The translations under genes were made by a program, and so were the position numbers. From Hypanus sabinus (taxonomy: Eukaryota), in the NCBI RefSeq assembly GCF_030144855.1, contig NC_082717.1, positions 5,146,001-5,210,000 of the forward strand: a DNA stretch of 64,000 nt, in the 5' to 3' direction. Of the stretch, positions 62,100-64,000 are shown in pieces. How positions within the stretch are numbered: the first letter of the stretch is position 1; the number at the start of each line of letters is the position of its first letter. The notes under the pieces are model-generated. The model worked only from the letters and a program-made list of their open reading frames with translations. It was not told the origin of the DNA and did not search any database.

Positions 62100-63080
62100 G
62101 ATCTCAACCGCCCACCAGGATTGGTTTCCCCTAGAAACATCCCAAATACTGTCTCTGGTGAAGTTCTTGTCTCACACGTCAAATGAGTAGAATGTCTGGG
62201 CCTTAAACTTTTCCACGTCTGATGAGTGTGTCTGTGCAGAAATCCATCCGGGGCTCCTCCCCCAGCGGTGGTCACACAGACGATTCTCACTGTGGTTCAG
62301 CTGGTAGACGGTGGTTTATTGTCAGCTGTAACAAAAACAAGTTGTGTGAGATGAGCCGGTGAAGAATGGGAGAGTTAAACTGAGTGGCAGACACTGTCTG
62401 AGTGATTTTCCTGAGTCTCTGACCATCGGGGATTTGGGGTCTCAGGTTTGAATCTCCTCTGCTGGCCCTGAGCGTGAACCTGTGGCCAGGGAAAATGAAT
62501 TGGACGGTACTGACCATCATCTCAGGTTACTGCTGGATGCAAGGTGCTGAGGGCAGAAGCACCCATGGGTGGGGAACTTGAGCAGCAACACAATGTTGCT
62601 GTTCTAATGCTGGACTCATATCAGGGGCCCTGAACAGACCATGCAAAGTGGATGTGGAGAACAGACCACTCAGTCCCTCCAATCTGTTCTGTCACTTCAT
62701 CAGATAGTGGCCGATGGGTTTTAGCTCTAATCAACTTTCTCAGTACAAAACCAGTAAATTCTAGTTGGTTCCAATCAGGAATTCCCACCTGTGCTGAGAG
62801 AGGGTTGCACATCTCCATGGCAACACCAGTGTGTTTCCAAAGCAGCTGGGCTATGGTGATGTTGTACAGTTGCCGCACATTCTGGATTCCCCATGAGAAC
62901 AAATGGTTTCTCTGCATCCATCAGAATGGACTCAATTGACATTGGCTAATCCTCTCGTATCACATTCTGGGTGGGATCTCCAGTACAGAGGAACACAAGG
63001 GGATCAATGAGGTCACACCTAGTTGTACCATTTTCTGGTGTGTGATCTCCAGTGTACAGGAACACAAGAGGCTACAGAGA
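62100..63080 (-). pseudogene. Possible heavily degraded C2H2 zinc-finger gene relic
   Basis: Finger-like traces: AEKPF, LETHWCCHGD, HWRSHT, YSFDV*DKNFTR; acceptor-like ttgtttttgttacag at about 62326-62340; no intact finger. Confidence 0.3.
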
Positions 63081-63099
63081 GAACAGGGCTCATCCAGTT

Positions 63100-63305
63100 T
63101 CATCATGAGTACAACTCTTCCCACCACTGAGAACATCTACAAGAGAAGATGTCTCAGGGAGGTGCCATCCATCAGAGAACCCCACCATCCGGCCGTATCT
63201 TCCACTTAATGCTGTCTTCAGGTAGTAGGCACAGGAGCCTGAAGTTACACACATCGAGGTGCAACAACAGCTTCTTCCCCACTGCCATCAGGGTCTTGAA
63301 CACAC
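63100..63305 (+). mobile_element. Rex1/Babar 3' fragment
   Basis: RSLKLHTSRCNNSFFPTAIRVLN. Confidence 0.8.
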
Positions 63306-64000
63306 CTGGTTGCGGTTACTCTCCGTGCCATGTGGCCCTTTTTGGTGGCAAGATAGCCATTTTGTTAACATTCATCTGTTTTTCATAGGTCGAGTTGTCA
63401 GCTCAACACTCCACTGAGCATGGATGGGAAGTGTGCAAGGAACAAGCCAGATTCAAACCTGGGACCAATTGATTGAAGTCTGGTGTTGATGCCACTACAC
63501 CATTGACCAGCATGAAGAAACTTGAACTTGAAAATTAACTCTTCTAAACTGTCTAAACTGAGAGCACTGCAATTCAATTGTGCAAATAGCTGGGAACATC
63601 GAACCCTGCCTCATCTCGCCAGTAGATCTGGTTCAGATGACACTGTGAGCGTGTTCAGGGATTGATGTCCTTTCCCTGAATTCTTCATGAGGAGTTACTG
63701 ATGGATCCTGAAGAGGATGGGGAGTGTGAGTGGGAGGTTTGCCTCGGTCATCACCTTCCAAATTCCAATAACTCCTGTAACAGATTCTTTTGAAAATATC
63801 AGGGACAACACTTGCTCAGCCTTGAAACCAATGGAGGTGATGAACAACACTGGATCTTTTAGATACTCAGTTTTGCCAGGACTGTGAGGATGTGTGTACA
63901 CGGCTGAGTGACCTGATTCAGTAAAAGGTGTGAATTCACACCCTGGTCCCATTGGTCATCAGACTGAGCACCCGCTGACCCATTACCTCACTGGGCTCAT

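Noticed and set aside
62287-63952. Short minus-strand ORFs (77, 98 and 85 aa) as exons of an intact gene
   Set aside because: No consistent splice chain or recognisable domain in those frames
1-64000. CRISPR arrays, rRNA, tRNA genes, prokaryotic systems
   Set aside because: None seen; the tRNA-like pieces are SINE heads or a PBS, and the repeats are LINE tails and LTRs

Overview
This is a vertebrate genomic window made up almost entirely of retroelements. The CR1 subfamilies and HE1/V-SINE-like repeats suggest a cartilaginous fish, probably a ray or shark (inference). I found no intact host gene. Main contents: (1) many nested CR1 LINE fragments and one full-length young CR1 (39403-43730); (2) a two-LTR Gmr1-type Gypsy element with the atypical PR-INT-RT-RH order and a SCAN-like gag (12123-21921, minus), inserted next to the FADD motif of a CR1; (3) inside that element, a class I (gamma/epsilon-like) endogenous retrovirus remnant in antisense orientation (14429-18084), with RT/RNase H, integrase, an env TM subunit retaining its immunosuppressive domain, and a 3' LTR; (4) a full-length L1 with target-site duplication (27976-37040); (5) a near full-length RTE, several Rex1/Babar copies, an LTR-less Gypsy internal region, an internally deleted Gypsy with a PNMA-like gag, solo LTRs, and a Penelope element with a decayed hammerhead motif. 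One non-repeat island carries a pseudogenised last exon of a neuronal nicotinic acetylcholine receptor alpha2/alpha4-type gene (38152-38277), which the ORF track misses. A possible, heavily degraded C2H2 zinc-finger relic lies at about 62-63 kb. Fragment boundaries are approximate unless a TSD or terminus is quoted. Family assignments come from motif recognition, not database searches.
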